From a virus (Duplodnaviria; Caudoviricetes): DNA of 64,000 nucleotides. The stretch is from the IMG/VR virus record IMGVR_UViG_3300013426_000001, positions 74,524-138,523 of that record; one strand, written 5' to 3'. The position numbers and the translations under genes were made by a program. Below are positions 9,900 through 20,545 of this stretch, in pieces. Under the pieces are notes generated by a model. It had not been told where the DNA came from, searched no databases, and saw only the letters and a program-made list of their open reading frames with translations. Numbering within the stretch: position 1 is the stretch's first letter; each line of letters opens with the position of its first letter.

Positions 9900-10295
9900 A
9901 TGAAAAAACCGAGTAAATTCAAAAGATGGTTTTTAGGTCTTTTTGGCGGTGTGCCGAAGAGTGATTACAACATTGTTGTTGAGCAAAGAGACAATTTTAT
10001 CGGCGACTTGAAAATCAACGATTCGCAGATTAAAGAGTTACAACAAGAAAACGAGCTTCTCAAAAAACAAATCGCTCACGACCCGATGACGCCCGTTGCA
10101 ATCACGACGTGGAATGTTAAACTCAAAGAAATCAAAAAGACGGCGACGATCGGTCCGCTGCCGTTAGATCAAACTGAATTTTGTTTGCGTGACGCGGTTT
10201 TGATGGAAATCGCGCCGTTTATCAGAATCGAGCAAAGCCCGAGAAGTCAGACAGCAACTGCGACATTGTTACTCGCTGAGGTCGAAGATGTATAA
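9900..10295 (+). CDS. hypothetical coiled-coil protein
   Basis: GGAGG RBS. Confidence 0.55.
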   Translation: MKKPSKFKRWFLGLFGGVPKSDYNIVVEQRDNFIGDLKINDSQIKELQQENELLKKQIAHDPMTPVAITTWNVKLKEIKKTATIGPLPLDQTEFCLRDAVLMEIAPFIRIEQSPRSQTATATLLLAEVEDV

Positions 10296-10947
10296 ATTCA
10301 AAAAACCGTTATCGGAAATCGATTATATAATTAGTTTTGATCTTGCTCTCTATAAAACGGGCATTTCATTATACAATATTAAGCAAAAATCAATCGTTCG
10401 AACCGACAAAATCGAAGTTTCACACAACGATGAAACGCCCGTAGCGACGCTTTATACCAAGCTTAAAGAATACCTGACCTCGGCGGTCGAGAAATACGGC
10501 AATCTGTTGATGATTATCAAGGAAGCGATGCCCGCGCAAGCAGGTCGATTTACGACCATCGCGACACTCCAAACGCTCGCAAAGGCGCACGCGGCGCTCG
10601 ATATCGCGGTTGCGAAAGTGGATGGGGTTGATTTTTATGACGAAGTGGGCGTTCACGCGGTCTCGGTAAAAGCGCTTTTCAAAACCGAAGAGAACCCGAA
10701 GCCGACAAAGACCGACATTAAAAAAGCAGTCTGCGCCTATTACGGGCTGAAAGTAGGCGATTTGACAGATGACGAAAGCGATTCGGTTGCGGTAATTTAT
10801 ACACTTATCAAGAAGAAGTGGAACGCGGATTTAAAAGACGAGATAAAGCGCGTTAAAAAAGAAATGAAAGGCTTAAAGCAAGAACGAGCAATCGAGGCAC
10901 ATCAAAAACGTATCGAGGAATTGCAGGGAATGCTTCTTGTCGAATAA
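10288..10947 (+). CDS. RuvC-like Holliday junction resolvase
   Basis: ISFDLALYKTG, IIKE, DDESDSVAV acidic RNase H-fold pattern. Confidence 0.7.
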   Translation: MYKFKKPLSEIDYIISFDLALYKTGISLYNIKQKSIVRTDKIEVSHNDETPVATLYTKLKEYLTSAVEKYGNLLMIIKEAMPAQAGRFTTIATLQTLAKAHAALDIAVAKVDGVDFYDEVGVHAVSVKALFKTEENPKPTKTDIKKAVCAYYGLKVGDLTDDESDSVAVIYTLIKKKWNADLKDEIKRVKKEMKGLKQERAIEAHQKRIEELQGMLLVE

Positions 10948-11064
10948 AAAATATATTTTATTACATCAAAAAATAAAATAATTTTGCAAAACCCGTTTGT
11001 TTTAGTTGACAACGGGATTTTGTTGTGCTATAATGTAGACACTGAAACAAAGGTGGTATGAATT

Positions 11065-12759
11065 ATGAACAAACAAGAATATGAAATCGTTAAAAACTTC
11101 TCTTACGAAGGGTATTGTGATTATCTCTCTAAAAAATACGAGGGTCTCGACAAGACGGGTTTGTTCAAACATCATACTTTTGAAAACGTAAAAGCAAATT
11201 TGTCTAATCCCGACATTGCAAAAGATGCGACTGAAGAAGAAAGAAACACTATTACTTATTGTTCGTTTGACGAGCACTTGTTTTTACACATTCTTATCGG
11301 AGAACAGACCGACGCTCGCAAAGCTCTTGGTTTGGGCGGAGCGGTTACTTATATAATCCCGCAGTTAAACAAATATTTCGATTGCGGCGAAATGGTTTAT
11401 TCGTCTAATTATTACAGCAATCTCGACAAAGACGTTTTCGATATGCTTGTTAAAAGATGTGACGAGGCGATTACAAAAACCAACATCGCTCTCGATCACA
11501 ATAAATCAATTTACTTGCAGGCTGAAAAATATCTCGAAGAAAACGGCAAAGCGTTAGTTGTAATTGGCACAGGTCTTGGTAAAACCACCACTGCTCTTGA
11601 ATATTTATGGGAACATAAATGCCGTGCGCTCGTCATTGGACCGAATAACATTATAAAGAGCGGCTGGGAAGAATATATCGATTGGTGCGATACCACAACT
11701 TATCAGGCATTTGCGAACAACTATCCCACCATCGACTATTCTCAATATGGTTTGGTTATTCTTGATGAGGCACACCATGCGGGTTATGATGAAGACACGG
11801 GTAAAGGTGCGGCGGTTTGGAGCAAAGGTATTAAGTATATAATCGAGAATGGTGTAAAGGTTCTTGGTTTAACAGCAACACCCGAAAGAAGTGATAAGAT
11901 AGACATCGGTAGTACTATTTTTAGAGGTTGTGTTTGCGAAGGCTTCGCAGTCGAAGACGGCATTGAAAAGGGTATAATTCACCCGTTCTCTTATATAACA
12001 GCTTATTATGACACGAATGGCATCGCAGAAGAATATTCTGATTGTGAAAACAAAGAACTTGTCGGGCAACTTGATCTCGCAATAAATAACACGCCGACCG
12101 TTAAAGACATATTCAGAAAACATATGCCGAATAATAAAAGAAAAGGCATTGTGTTTATTCAGGAAATTGCAGACGAACAGGACGTTATAGATATAATGAA
12201 AGACGTTTACCCGAATGTTGAAATGAGAATTATTCATTCCAAAATGACCGACGAAGAAGTAAAGGCAAATCGTAAATGGTTTGAAGAAACCGATGAGGGT
12301 TATTTACTTGCGGTTAATATGATTTCGGAAGGTGCTCATTACAGAGGTGTAAATACCCTAATTATGTTTAGAAGAACGAATTCATATCTCGTTTTCACAC
12401 AACAAATTGGACGCATTATAACGCTTGTTAAAAACGAGAACCCGAACGCAATTGTTTTCGACTTTGTAAATAATATTGAAAATATTGAATATAACAACAG
12501 AAAACAAGATAAAAAACGTATTCGCAACATTACAAATATTATAAGACAACTCGAAAAGACTTCTGCATTCAAATCCAAACAAATCATTGTTGCCGACGAA
12601 ACAAGAAACATTGTAAAGTGCATACGCAAAATTAAAGAATTCGAAGATAATTCTTGGTTGGAATGGGAGGATGATATTATTAGGAAATATTATCCAACAG
12701 AGGGAGCAGAAGGTTGTATGAAGAGAATTAATCAAAAAAGAAAGGAATTAGGTATTTAA
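11065..12759 (+). CDS. HNH-like domain fused to SF2 (DEAH) helicase
   Basis: KHH...EHLFLHILI; GTGLGKT, DEAHH, TATP, QQIGR. Confidence 0.85.
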   Translation: MNKQEYEIVKNFSYEGYCDYLSKKYEGLDKTGLFKHHTFENVKANLSNPDIAKDATEEERNTITYCSFDEHLFLHILIGEQTDARKALGLGGAVTYIIPQLNKYFDCGEMVYSSNYYSNLDKDVFDMLVKRCDEAITKTNIALDHNKSIYLQAEKYLEENGKALVVIGTGLGKTTTALEYLWEHKCRALVIGPNNIIKSGWEEYIDWCDTTTYQAFANNYPTIDYSQYGLVILDEAHHAGYDEDTGKGAAVWSKGIKYIIENGVKVLGLTATPERSDKIDIGSTIFRGCVCEGFAVEDGIEKGIIHPFSYITAYYDTNGIAEEYSDCENKELVGQLDLAINNTPTVKDIFRKHMPNNKRKGIVFIQEIADEQDVIDIMKDVYPNVEMRIIHSKMTDEEVKANRKWFEETDEGYLLAVNMISEGAHYRGVNTLIMFRRTNSYLVFTQQIGRIITLVKNENPNAIVFDFVNNIENIEYNNRKQDKKRIRNITNIIRQLEKTSAFKSKQIIVADETRNIVKCIRKIKEFEDNSWLEWEDDIIRKYYPTEGAEGCMKRINQKRKELGI

Positions 12760-12762
12760 CCC

Positions 12763-13470
12763 ATGGAAAGAAATCAAAATGCAATTATGAAACGTGCACA
12801 TATTCTTGGAGTTAAATTTGATGAATATTTTTGGTCGGAAGAAGAAATAGAACTCTTAAAAAAATATTATCCAATTGAAGGCACCGAATGTTATAAAAGA
12901 TTTAAAAATCTTTCTAAAACTCAAATTAAAAGTGCGGCAATTAGATTAAAAATATATCGCAATCCTATGTGGTCTATTGAAGAAAATGAAATTATGAAAC
13001 AATATTATCCGATAGAAGGCGGAAATTGTTATAAAAGATTAAATAATAAAACAAAAAAGCAAACATTACAACACGCTACAATTCTTCATTTATCTTGCCA
13101 CACAGTTAATACATCGGCTGACAGATGGACCGAAGAAGATGATAATATTATAAAGCAATATTATCCGATAGAAGGGAGCGAATGTTATAAAAGAATTGCA
13201 GGTACTACTAAAGCCACCGTTAGAGGTAGAGCTTCTTTTTTAGGTATTAAAGATATGACATCTAAAGTGATGGCGCGTAAGATTTTATGCGTAGAAACAG
13301 GAGAAATATTTAATAGTATTACAGATGCAGCAAAAATATATGGTTGTATGACAAAGATTGGGGCTGTTTGTAAAGGCAAAAAAGAGACTGCTGGTAAGCT
13401 TGCTGATGGAACAAAATTACGTTGGAAATATGTTGAAGAAACAGCAGAAGAAACATCAACCGCTGAATAA
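12763..13470 (+). CDS. Myb-like repeat protein with NUMOD1-like HTH tail; in frame with upstream helicase
   Basis: three W(S/T)xEE/D..YYPIEG repeats; KILCVETGEIFNSITDAA. Confidence 0.75.
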   Translation: MERNQNAIMKRAHILGVKFDEYFWSEEEIELLKKYYPIEGTECYKRFKNLSKTQIKSAAIRLKIYRNPMWSIEENEIMKQYYPIEGGNCYKRLNNKTKKQTLQHATILHLSCHTVNTSADRWTEEDDNIIKQYYPIEGSECYKRIAGTTKATVRGRASFLGIKDMTSKVMARKILCVETGEIFNSITDAAKIYGCMTKIGAVCKGKKETAGKLADGTKLRWKYVEETAEETSTAE

Positions 13471-13600
13471 AAGAGACATTTCATCGTGTATCGATAGAGT
13501 CTTAATTTAATTTTGACACAAAAATTTTTCAGAAACTCCGTTCAAATAGTTGACAACTCGGAGTTTTTGTGTTATAATGAGGCCACAGTTGGAGGTAGTT

Positions 13601-14041
13601 ATGAGACTGTGGCACATCGATTTGATTCCATATCTTCCTAAATCACAGTTACTTGCTCAATGGCGCGAACTTAACTCGGTATACACAAAACAAGATAGAC
13701 ATATCCTTATCAATTATATATACGACTACAACCGTCATTATCTCAAAGCGTATTCCGATAAGGTAATCGCCGAAATGCGCCGTCGTGGAATAAAAATCCG
13801 TGACTTATCGAAATATGACACTTATTTTTGGGGAATGCAAAATGGGTTTGCGAGGAAAGAAATCGTCGGGATAGAATCGGGGTTGCGGTTCAAAGAGCAC
13901 AACGACGAATATTTGCGGATTTGTTATTACAATCTCAAAGAGAAATATATGCGCGGACAGAAAGATTTCGATTACCCGACGTGGGTAAGATTATACTATT
14001 TTTGTAAAAATATTTTAAAAAAGGAGAAAACAAATGGCTGA
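13601..14041 (+). CDS. pyrimidine dimer DNA glycosylase (DenV-like)
   Basis: MRLWHIDLIPYLPKSQLLAQWRE, EMRRRG, NLKEK; GGAGG-ATG 13601. Confidence 0.8.
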   Translation: MRLWHIDLIPYLPKSQLLAQWRELNSVYTKQDRHILINYIYDYNRHYLKAYSDKVIAEMRRRGIKIRDLSKYDTYFWGMQNGFARKEIVGIESGLRFKEHNDEYLRICYYNLKEKYMRGQKDFDYPTWVRLYYFCKNILKKEKTNG

Positions 14042-14525
14042 ATTTCCGAAGTTCTTCGTAAAAGACTTTGATCACAACGCTCAACTTATAGAAAACTATA
14101 ATATTTTGCGTTATCGCGAAGAAGAAATCAAAAAACTCAAAAAGAAATGCGCGACACGAGCCGAGTTCGCAGAAAAGTTACGCACCGAATTCATGTGGCG
14201 TTATTGGTCGAAAGCAGAGCACGAACTTATCATAAGTAGAATCGAAGACGGGAGAATTTTGCTCACGCCGTGGTGTGGCTGCCGCGATGACGAAAAAGCG
14301 ACGATCGATGTGACAGATGATTACTCGCAGCTCGATTGGAGTGCGTTTGCCGACTACCATATCAACAGGCAGGTTTACAAAACCGAAGCGAAAATCGACG
14401 TTTATGACCAGATTATGTTCGGGGACAGATTCGAGAAATTAGTCGATACATTATGGACAACGCGGTTCAAATACGAACGCGACAACCCTAAATTTCACGA
14501 CCAAGATAAGGAGGTAAAACAATGA
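14034..14525 (+). CDS. hypothetical phage protein
   Basis: YWSKAEHE, KIDVYDQI. Confidence 0.6.
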   Translation: MAEFPKFFVKDFDHNAQLIENYNILRYREEEIKKLKKKCATRAEFAEKLRTEFMWRYWSKAEHELIISRIEDGRILLTPWCGCRDDEKATIDVTDDYSQLDWSAFADYHINRQVYKTEAKIDVYDQIMFGDRFEKLVDTLWTTRFKYERDNPKFHDQDKEVKQ

Positions 14526-15031
14526 ACTGGAACAGACAATCGGTTAGAGAATTTAACCGCAAGCACAAAACCAATTACACAAAGGCGGAACTCGAGGCGC
14601 TCGACTTCGCGATAAAGTTCCGCGCAGGCAATGCGAATGTTCAATCGATGAGAGACCTCGCGCTTAACCCGTTTATCAACATCGAACTCGAAGAACCGAT
14701 ACCCGAAGGAACGGAAGTAAAGCTTAATTACGAGGTTATAAAGAGCCGCCCGACTTATCCGAGATTGTCGCAAAAATACAAAGATTTCATCGAGGCGAAC
14801 AAGGACGCGGTTTTACATACAACGGACGAGAACGCGAAGAAGGGTTACGTTTGCCTTGCAGAAGACCCCGACAAGTTGTGGTTATGGACGCCGCTTTTCG
14901 ACCTTTTATATAAGAACGAAGCGGGCGAATTCGTGGAATACGGTGACTCGATTTTGGCACCAAAAGACGAAGAAGAGGAGAAAAAGGAAAATGTATCAGA
15001 CAAAGCTGACGAAGGAACAGTTGGCGTATAA
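14522..15031 (+). CDS. hypothetical protein
   Basis: AGGAGG RBS. Confidence 0.6.
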   Translation: MNWNRQSVREFNRKHKTNYTKAELEALDFAIKFRAGNANVQSMRDLALNPFINIELEEPIPEGTEVKLNYEVIKSRPTYPRLSQKYKDFIEANKDAVLHTTDENAKKGYVCLAEDPDKLWLWTPLFDLLYKNEAGEFVEYGDSILAPKDEEEEKKENVSDKADEGTVGV

Positions 15032-15196
15032 CCTCGCGTATCATCTCGAACGAGAGGTTGACAAGCCCGCGCACGAAGTTATTATAGAAACATTGGCGGC
15101 TTACGAAGAAAATTCAAAAAAGAGTAACAAAACGCTTGACAAAGAATAATCGGCGTGTTATAATGAAGAAAAAGTGATTAAAAGGAGCAAAATTTA

Positions 15197-16417
15197 ATGG
15201 CAGTTTATTTTGACGCGGTGGGAACAATTCATCCCATCAAAGAAACAGACAAATTTAAAGCGGTCGAATATCGCAGATTCGATTCTTCTGGTTACGCAAA
15301 GAAAACCATTCGTTTCAATTTCCGTACTAACACGGGTTCAATTACGAATATGGAAATCAGCGCGTTATACAGAGCAAATGAAGACGGAACGCCCGCAGAC
15401 GAAAACAGAACATTCGATAAGAAAGAGGGGTGGATTGAGTATCCCGAAAGAAAGGAATACCCCGACAAGGGAAGATTCCAGACGAGTTTTCTTGACAAAT
15501 CGCCTTATAAAGTCGCGAACGTTCTTAAAGCATATGAAGCAGGCAATCTCTCGACTTATGATGCGGATAAATACGGGATTCATTCGGAAGAAGATTACGA
15601 GGCATTGAGCAAAAAGTATAACAGTTGCGTAAAGCGTTTTCTTTTTGATATTGATTTTATCAATTATTTCGAAAGAATTTTGGCAAACTACGATAAATTC
15701 CTCAAAGACAGACTTATGAAAGTAAGTGGCGAATGGACATTCGAATATTCCGCACAGAAAGACACGGTTTATAAAAAGTTCGTTCCTAACCGCATCGAAT
15801 ATTGTCACGATGAAGAACCCGTTCAGGTAATCGGTCTTAAAATTCCGTTTATTTTTGAAGGAGATAATCCGATAGCGGTTGGCAAAGGTGATAAGAAGGT
15901 GTTGAAGGGTTATACGCCTTATTACGCGAGAGAATTCAAAATGGAGACTTTTGGCGGAAAATATCTCAAACCGATCGAAATTGTTATACCCGAAAACATC
16001 GAGAAATCCGTTGCAAACAGATTTGAGAAAAAAGATCCGACCGTAACTTCGAAGTATAAATTGTGGAACTTAAATTGCGCTTATATTAACGGAGCGGAAA
16101 AGAAAGATATCGAAGAAGACGACCTTACAGAAGACGAGAAATTCGATATCGAGTGCGGTTTCAGAACGCTCGAAGAAATCAAAGCTGAGCACGCGAAAGC
16201 AGACAAAGGTGCGGAAGGCAACGGCAAATACGACTCGACCAAGGTTTACGGCGACAGGATTACCGAAATCAGGCTCATAAAATGCGGAGAAAAGGGAAAC
16301 CCCGAAAACGCCGAATACGACGACGGGCAGACGCAGCACCCGACGCACGATATGCCAGAAGAAGTAAAACAGGCGATGAATTCGGTAAGCGACGATGACG
16401 ATATTTTTGAGATATAA
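15197..16417 (+). CDS. putative single-stranded DNA-binding protein
   Basis: acidic aromatic tail DDDDIFEI; own promoter 15136; precedes ERF. Confidence 0.5.
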   Translation: MAVYFDAVGTIHPIKETDKFKAVEYRRFDSSGYAKKTIRFNFRTNTGSITNMEISALYRANEDGTPADENRTFDKKEGWIEYPERKEYPDKGRFQTSFLDKSPYKVANVLKAYEAGNLSTYDADKYGIHSEEDYEALSKKYNSCVKRFLFDIDFINYFERILANYDKFLKDRLMKVSGEWTFEYSAQKDTVYKKFVPNRIEYCHDEEPVQVIGLKIPFIFEGDNPIAVGKGDKKVLKGYTPYYAREFKMETFGGKYLKPIEIVIPENIEKSVANRFEKKDPTVTSKYKLWNLNCAYINGAEKKDIEEDDLTEDEKFDIECGFRTLEEIKAEHAKADKGAEGNGKYDSTKVYGDRITEIRLIKCGEKGNPENAEYDDGQTQHPTHDMPEEVKQAMNSVSDDDDIFEI

Positions 16418-16429
16418 TCGGAGGTAAAT

Positions 16430-17125
16430 ATGAATATTTTTGAGAAAATCCAGGCGGTAAGAGTTGAACTCCGCCACACGAAACTTAAAATGAGCGGCAA
16501 AAATAAGTTCGCGAATTACGAATACATGGAACTCGACGACTTCCTTCCGACGCTCAACGAACTTATGTTTAAATATAAAATAACGGCAATCGCTTCGTTC
16601 ACGAGGGAAAAAGCAATTCTCACGGCGATCGACTGCGAAAAGCCCGAAGACAGATATACGATTGAATCTCCGTTCGGGACGGCAGATCTCAAAGGCTGTC
16701 ATGAAGTTCAGTGCATTGGCGCGGTTGAGACTTATCAGCGTCGTTACCTTTATCAGGCAATGTTCGACATCGCAGAGAGCGACGGTTTAAACAAGTCTCA
16801 GGGTGACCCGAGCAAACCCACTCCGAAGAAAACGGCTGAATTCCCGAGTCATACGGAAGAAGAGCCGCTTCCTGGCGAAGAGAACCCCGCCGCAAAGCCC
16901 GCTGAACCCGTTGATGAAAAAGACCCGAACGGCGCTGAAAGATGTGCGAAGATAAAGGAAGTTTTCAACGCAAAGAGAAAAGCGAAAGAGCTGACGACGG
17001 ACACGCAGAAAGCGATTAAAAGGTTGTTGGTTGAAAATAGCGAAGATGGCGCGGGAATGTTGAACGAGAATTATTCGGCTGGGGTTTATGACCAACTTGA
17101 AGAATTACTCGGCATAAACAATTAA
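16430..17125 (+). CDS. erf: ERF family ssDNA annealing protein
   Basis: KMSGKNKFANYEYMELDD, QCIGAVETYQRRYLY. Confidence 0.88.
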   Translation: MNIFEKIQAVRVELRHTKLKMSGKNKFANYEYMELDDFLPTLNELMFKYKITAIASFTREKAILTAIDCEKPEDRYTIESPFGTADLKGCHEVQCIGAVETYQRRYLYQAMFDIAESDGLNKSQGDPSKPTPKKTAEFPSHTEEEPLPGEENPAAKPAEPVDEKDPNGAERCAKIKEVFNAKRKAKELTTDTQKAIKRLLVENSEDGAGMLNENYSAGVYDQLEELLGINN

Positions 17126-17256
17126 GACAAACTGCCATTTGGGTTTGCAATATGGGAAAGCGTAGAGAGTAAAATTTCTGCGCTTTTCTCAACTAAACAC
17201 TTGACAAAACATATTTTGATATGCTATAATAAGCGTGTAAATCGGAGGTAGAAATT

Positions 17257-17496
17257 ATGGAGCTTAAAAATGCAAAGAAACTTATTAAAAAAATAGGAGT
17301 TAAATCATGGTTTGAGGCGGGCATTAATGTCGTCAAAGTAGGAGATAAGTTGCTTGATCCTACCGATACATTTTCAAGACTTGATTTTTACACGAAGCGT
17401 GGCGGCGTTAAATTCTGCGAAGAAAAGGAACTCAAAATCCCGTGCGGAGAAATCGAACTCAATAACGGCGCGTTTTTGCGTTATAATGTGTTGTAA
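17257..17496 (+). CDS. hypothetical protein
   Basis: promoter 17201, GGAGG RBS. Confidence 0.5.
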   Translation: MELKNAKKLIKKIGVKSWFEAGINVVKVGDKLLDPTDTFSRLDFYTKRGGVKFCEEKELKIPCGEIELNNGAFLRYNVL

Positions 17497-17509
17497 GGAA
17501 GGTTTTGTA

Positions 17510-18031
17510 ATGATAGATAGCCAAAAAGTTTTATACAGTGCGGGCGCGAATGACGAATGTTACACTCCTGCGTACGGAGTCAAACCAATTCTTAAATATA
17601 TACCCAAAGACTGGGTTGTTTGGTGCCCGTTTGACACGGAGGATAGCGAATATGTTAAACTTATACGCGCAAACGGGAACAAAGTAATCGCGTCGCACAT
17701 TTCCAAAGGGCACGATTTTTACACCTTTGAGCCGAGTGAGCACTGGGATTGTATAATCAGCAATCCTCCGTTCGGTGGGAAAAGGCATATCTTCGAACGC
17801 ACATTGAGTTTTGAGAAGCCATTCGCGTTATTGATGTCGCTCACGTGGCTGAATGATTCCGCGCCCAAACAATTATTTATGGAAAAAGATTTACAACTGC
17901 TTATGTTCGATAAGCGGATAAAATTCCTCAACGACGGCGAAGTGCAGAATAAAATCACATTTAGTAGCGCGTATTACTGCTGGAATTTTCTTCCCAAACA
18001 GATTATTATGGAGAAACTGGAATGCAAGTGA
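17510..18031 (+). CDS. short phage DNA adenine methyltransferase
   Basis: DECYTP, VWCPFD, IISNPPF. Confidence 0.8.
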   Translation: MIDSQKVLYSAGANDECYTPAYGVKPILKYIPKDWVVWCPFDTEDSEYVKLIRANGNKVIASHISKGHDFYTFEPSEHWDCIISNPPFGGKRHIFERTLSFEKPFALLMSLTWLNDSAPKQLFMEKDLQLLMFDKRIKFLNDGEVQNKITFSSAYYCWNFLPKQIIMEKLECK

Positions 18032-18555
18032 AATGTCAAATTTGCGGTAAATCAATCGACCGCTCAACTGCATATAAAGCCGTGATTGGCGGTGCGAATA
18101 AATATTTCTGCTCGGAAGAAGAATTCAACGCCGACAAAGCTCGCAAAGACCACGCGAAAGAAGTTCTCGAAACAATAGCAGAATGTTATCAATACTGCTC
18201 GGGTTATGGCGAGCCGCCGTATAACGTGGTTGGGAAAGAACTTAAAGATAACCTGAAAGCAATCGATGTTGAAGTGATTTACCAATTTGTAAAAGAAAAC
18301 CGCGAAAAGCTTAAAAAGACGGTCGACAAAAAAATCGAACGAGACGGACCGTTCGGGCAAGTTTATTTCGCGTTTCGGTATATCAGTGGGATAATTAAGC
18401 GAGAGATTCTCGAAAAAGATTGGAAGGCGAAACAAATTGCGCCCACAATTCAAAAAACGGGGATTGACTTGAATTTTTATAATATTAAACCGAACACAAA
18501 CCACTTAAAAAAAAGACGTTCGTTAGACGACTTGGAGGACGAGGTAAATGATTAA
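18022..18555 (+). CDS. Zn-finger protein, possible helicase loader
   Basis: CQICG..YFCSEEE; directly upstream of dnaB. Confidence 0.45.
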   Translation: MQVKCQICGKSIDRSTAYKAVIGGANKYFCSEEEFNADKARKDHAKEVLETIAECYQYCSGYGEPPYNVVGKELKDNLKAIDVEVIYQFVKENREKLKKTVDKKIERDGPFGQVYFAFRYISGIIKREILEKDWKAKQIAPTIQKTGIDLNFYNIKPNTNHLKKRRSLDDLEDEVND

Positions 18556-20119
18556 CAAAGAGGCTTTTATTGCTGGAGTATGTGACAAGATAGACGAAAG
18601 GCTTCTTGAAGACCGCGTTACAGTTGAAGGGAACGCCGTCTCGATCTTTTTACAAGATTTGACGAATTACAACGATATCAATTACAAACCTGAAGATTTT
18701 CTAACGAAAGACGGGCGGTTCCTTTTTTGCGTAGGAAAGTCGCTTCGTGATTTGGGATATAATTACCTCGATGAAGTGACGATTATGTCGAAATGCTCGC
18801 AGGAAATCAAAGATAGGATTTCCGCACTCGGCGGTTATAAGACAATTCAGCACCTTCTCGATGTCGTAAATGCCGAAAACGCCGATGCTATTCTTGATGA
18901 TTTGACGAAAAGCAATATTTTGGTCAAGCTTTATAAAAGCGGTTTCAATCTTTTCGATGAAGTAACACTCGATAACGGCAAGCGTATTTCACCGTTCAAG
19001 TTGTTTAGAAATTTCACCTCGACAGAAGTTCTCGATTGGTACGACGCAAAAATCAGCGGATTAAGCAAGGTGAATAATAACCAAATCATTTACGACGAAT
19101 ACGTCGACTTCGGCGAGAAGTTCATCTCGGATTTACAGAACAACGTCGACAGCGGTGTCTCGTTCGCAGACGCGGGCGAAGACATAAACGGCGACAAAAT
19201 CAGCGTCGCGCCCTTTTTGAGTAGTAATATACTCGGTCTTGCGCCTGGAACATTAAGCCTTTTCGGCGGGTTCAGTGGCGTTGGCAAAACGACTTATATG
19301 GTCGGGGTGATTATGGCACTCATTTCGCAGGGGAAGAAGGTTCTCGTCCTCGAAAACGAGATTATGAAGAACAAACTTTACCTCATGATTTTCAGTTGGT
19401 TCATTTCCCGTTATATGGGATATCAGAAACTCCCGAAGAAAAAGCTTGAATCGGGTGTTTATACCGACGAAGAGAAAAAGGTAATTACCGAAGCCGAAAA
19501 ACAGTGGAAAGAAAAATTTGCGGATAAATTGCGTGTTGTCGGTTTATCGTCGGCAAACTCGAAGTTAAGTTCTCAAATCATCAAAAACTCGGTTCTCCGT
19601 TCGGGGTTCGACGTCTTTATCGTCGATACGTTCAAACTCGACGATAGTGCGGACATAAACGGCGCGTTGTGGCAAGTAATGAAGAATAACATCAGCGAAC
19701 TCGAAGGGCTGACGAAGAAGTATGGAGTAATCGGTTTGGCGACGGTTCAGTTGACAAACAACGACTTAAAGAGGTTGTGGCTCGATTCAAGTTGTCTCGG
19801 AACATCAAAAGGTATAAAAGAAGTGTGTTCTAACCTAATTTTGCTCAGAAAGCTTGGGGGAGATTTAGAGTTAATTAACGGCTCGGATATTTACTGCCGC
19901 CCATTCCGTTCGAAAAAGAATGAGCAGGGCGACTGGATAGAAGAACCTTATGACGCAGACCCAAGCAAAGTTTGGAGAGTTCTTTTCATAGATAAATCAC
20001 GTTCTGGACCTGACAGCGGCGATACGGGTGTAGCGTATTTGTTGAGATATGACGGAGATCATTGCTCGTTTTATGAGACGGCAAAGTGCCGCCCTGTTAG
20101 GAAAATCATAAACGGATAA
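18548..20119 (+). CDS. dnaB: DnaB-like replicative helicase
   Basis: GGFSGVGKTT, FIVDTFK, TVQL, IDKSRSG. Confidence 0.88.
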   Translation: MINKEAFIAGVCDKIDERLLEDRVTVEGNAVSIFLQDLTNYNDINYKPEDFLTKDGRFLFCVGKSLRDLGYNYLDEVTIMSKCSQEIKDRISALGGYKTIQHLLDVVNAENADAILDDLTKSNILVKLYKSGFNLFDEVTLDNGKRISPFKLFRNFTSTEVLDWYDAKISGLSKVNNNQIIYDEYVDFGEKFISDLQNNVDSGVSFADAGEDINGDKISVAPFLSSNILGLAPGTLSLFGGFSGVGKTTYMVGVIMALISQGKKVLVLENEIMKNKLYLMIFSWFISRYMGYQKLPKKKLESGVYTDEEKKVITEAEKQWKEKFADKLRVVGLSSANSKLSSQIIKNSVLRSGFDVFIVDTFKLDDSADINGALWQVMKNNISELEGLTKKYGVIGLATVQLTNNDLKRLWLDSSCLGTSKGIKEVCSNLILLRKLGGDLELINGSDIYCRPFRSKKNEQGDWIEEPYDADPSKVWRVLFIDKSRSGPDSGDTGVAYLLRYDGDHCSFYETAKCRPVRKIING

Positions 20120-20203
20120 AAAAAATTTAAAAAAACCTCATAAAAACGCTTGACAAACAAAACAAGATGTGTTATAATAAATGCGTAAATTGGAGGTAAG
20201 GTT

Positions 20204-20338
20204 ATGGCAAGTTTATTTATCGCAGATTTCTTTTTAACAGTCGGGTTTATTCTCGGAATTAAAATTTGGATGAAGAGAACGGGCGATACCTTCCAAGAAG
20301 TTTGTATGAAAATAAGAGACGCGATTATGCGTAAATAA
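20204..20338 (+). CDS. 44-aa membrane peptide
   Basis: GGAGG RBS; MASLFIADFFLTVGFILGIKIW; after promoter 20150. Confidence 0.5.
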   Translation: MASLFIADFFLTVGFILGIKIWMKRTGDTFQEVCMKIRDAIMRK

Positions 20339-20347
20339 GGAGAAAAG

Positions 20348-20545
20348 ATGTTACCTGAAAGTATTAGAGATAGAGTTGTCGAAGAGCAGAACGAACTTCG
20401 CGACAGAATCACAAAACTTGCTTTGTTTGTTTACTCGGCGAAAATCGAAACCGTCGACGAAAAGCAAGTGAGATTGCTCAAACGTCAACTTCGTATTATG
20501 AGTGAATATGACGAAGTTCTGACAGAGCGGCTCAAAGCAGACTAA
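20348..20545 (+). CDS. small coiled-coil phage protein
   Basis: RVVEEQNELRDRITKL..QLRIMSEYDEVLTERL. Confidence 0.65.
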   Translation: MLPESIRDRVVEEQNELRDRITKLALFVYSAKIETVDEKQVRLLKRQLRIMSEYDEVLTERLKAD

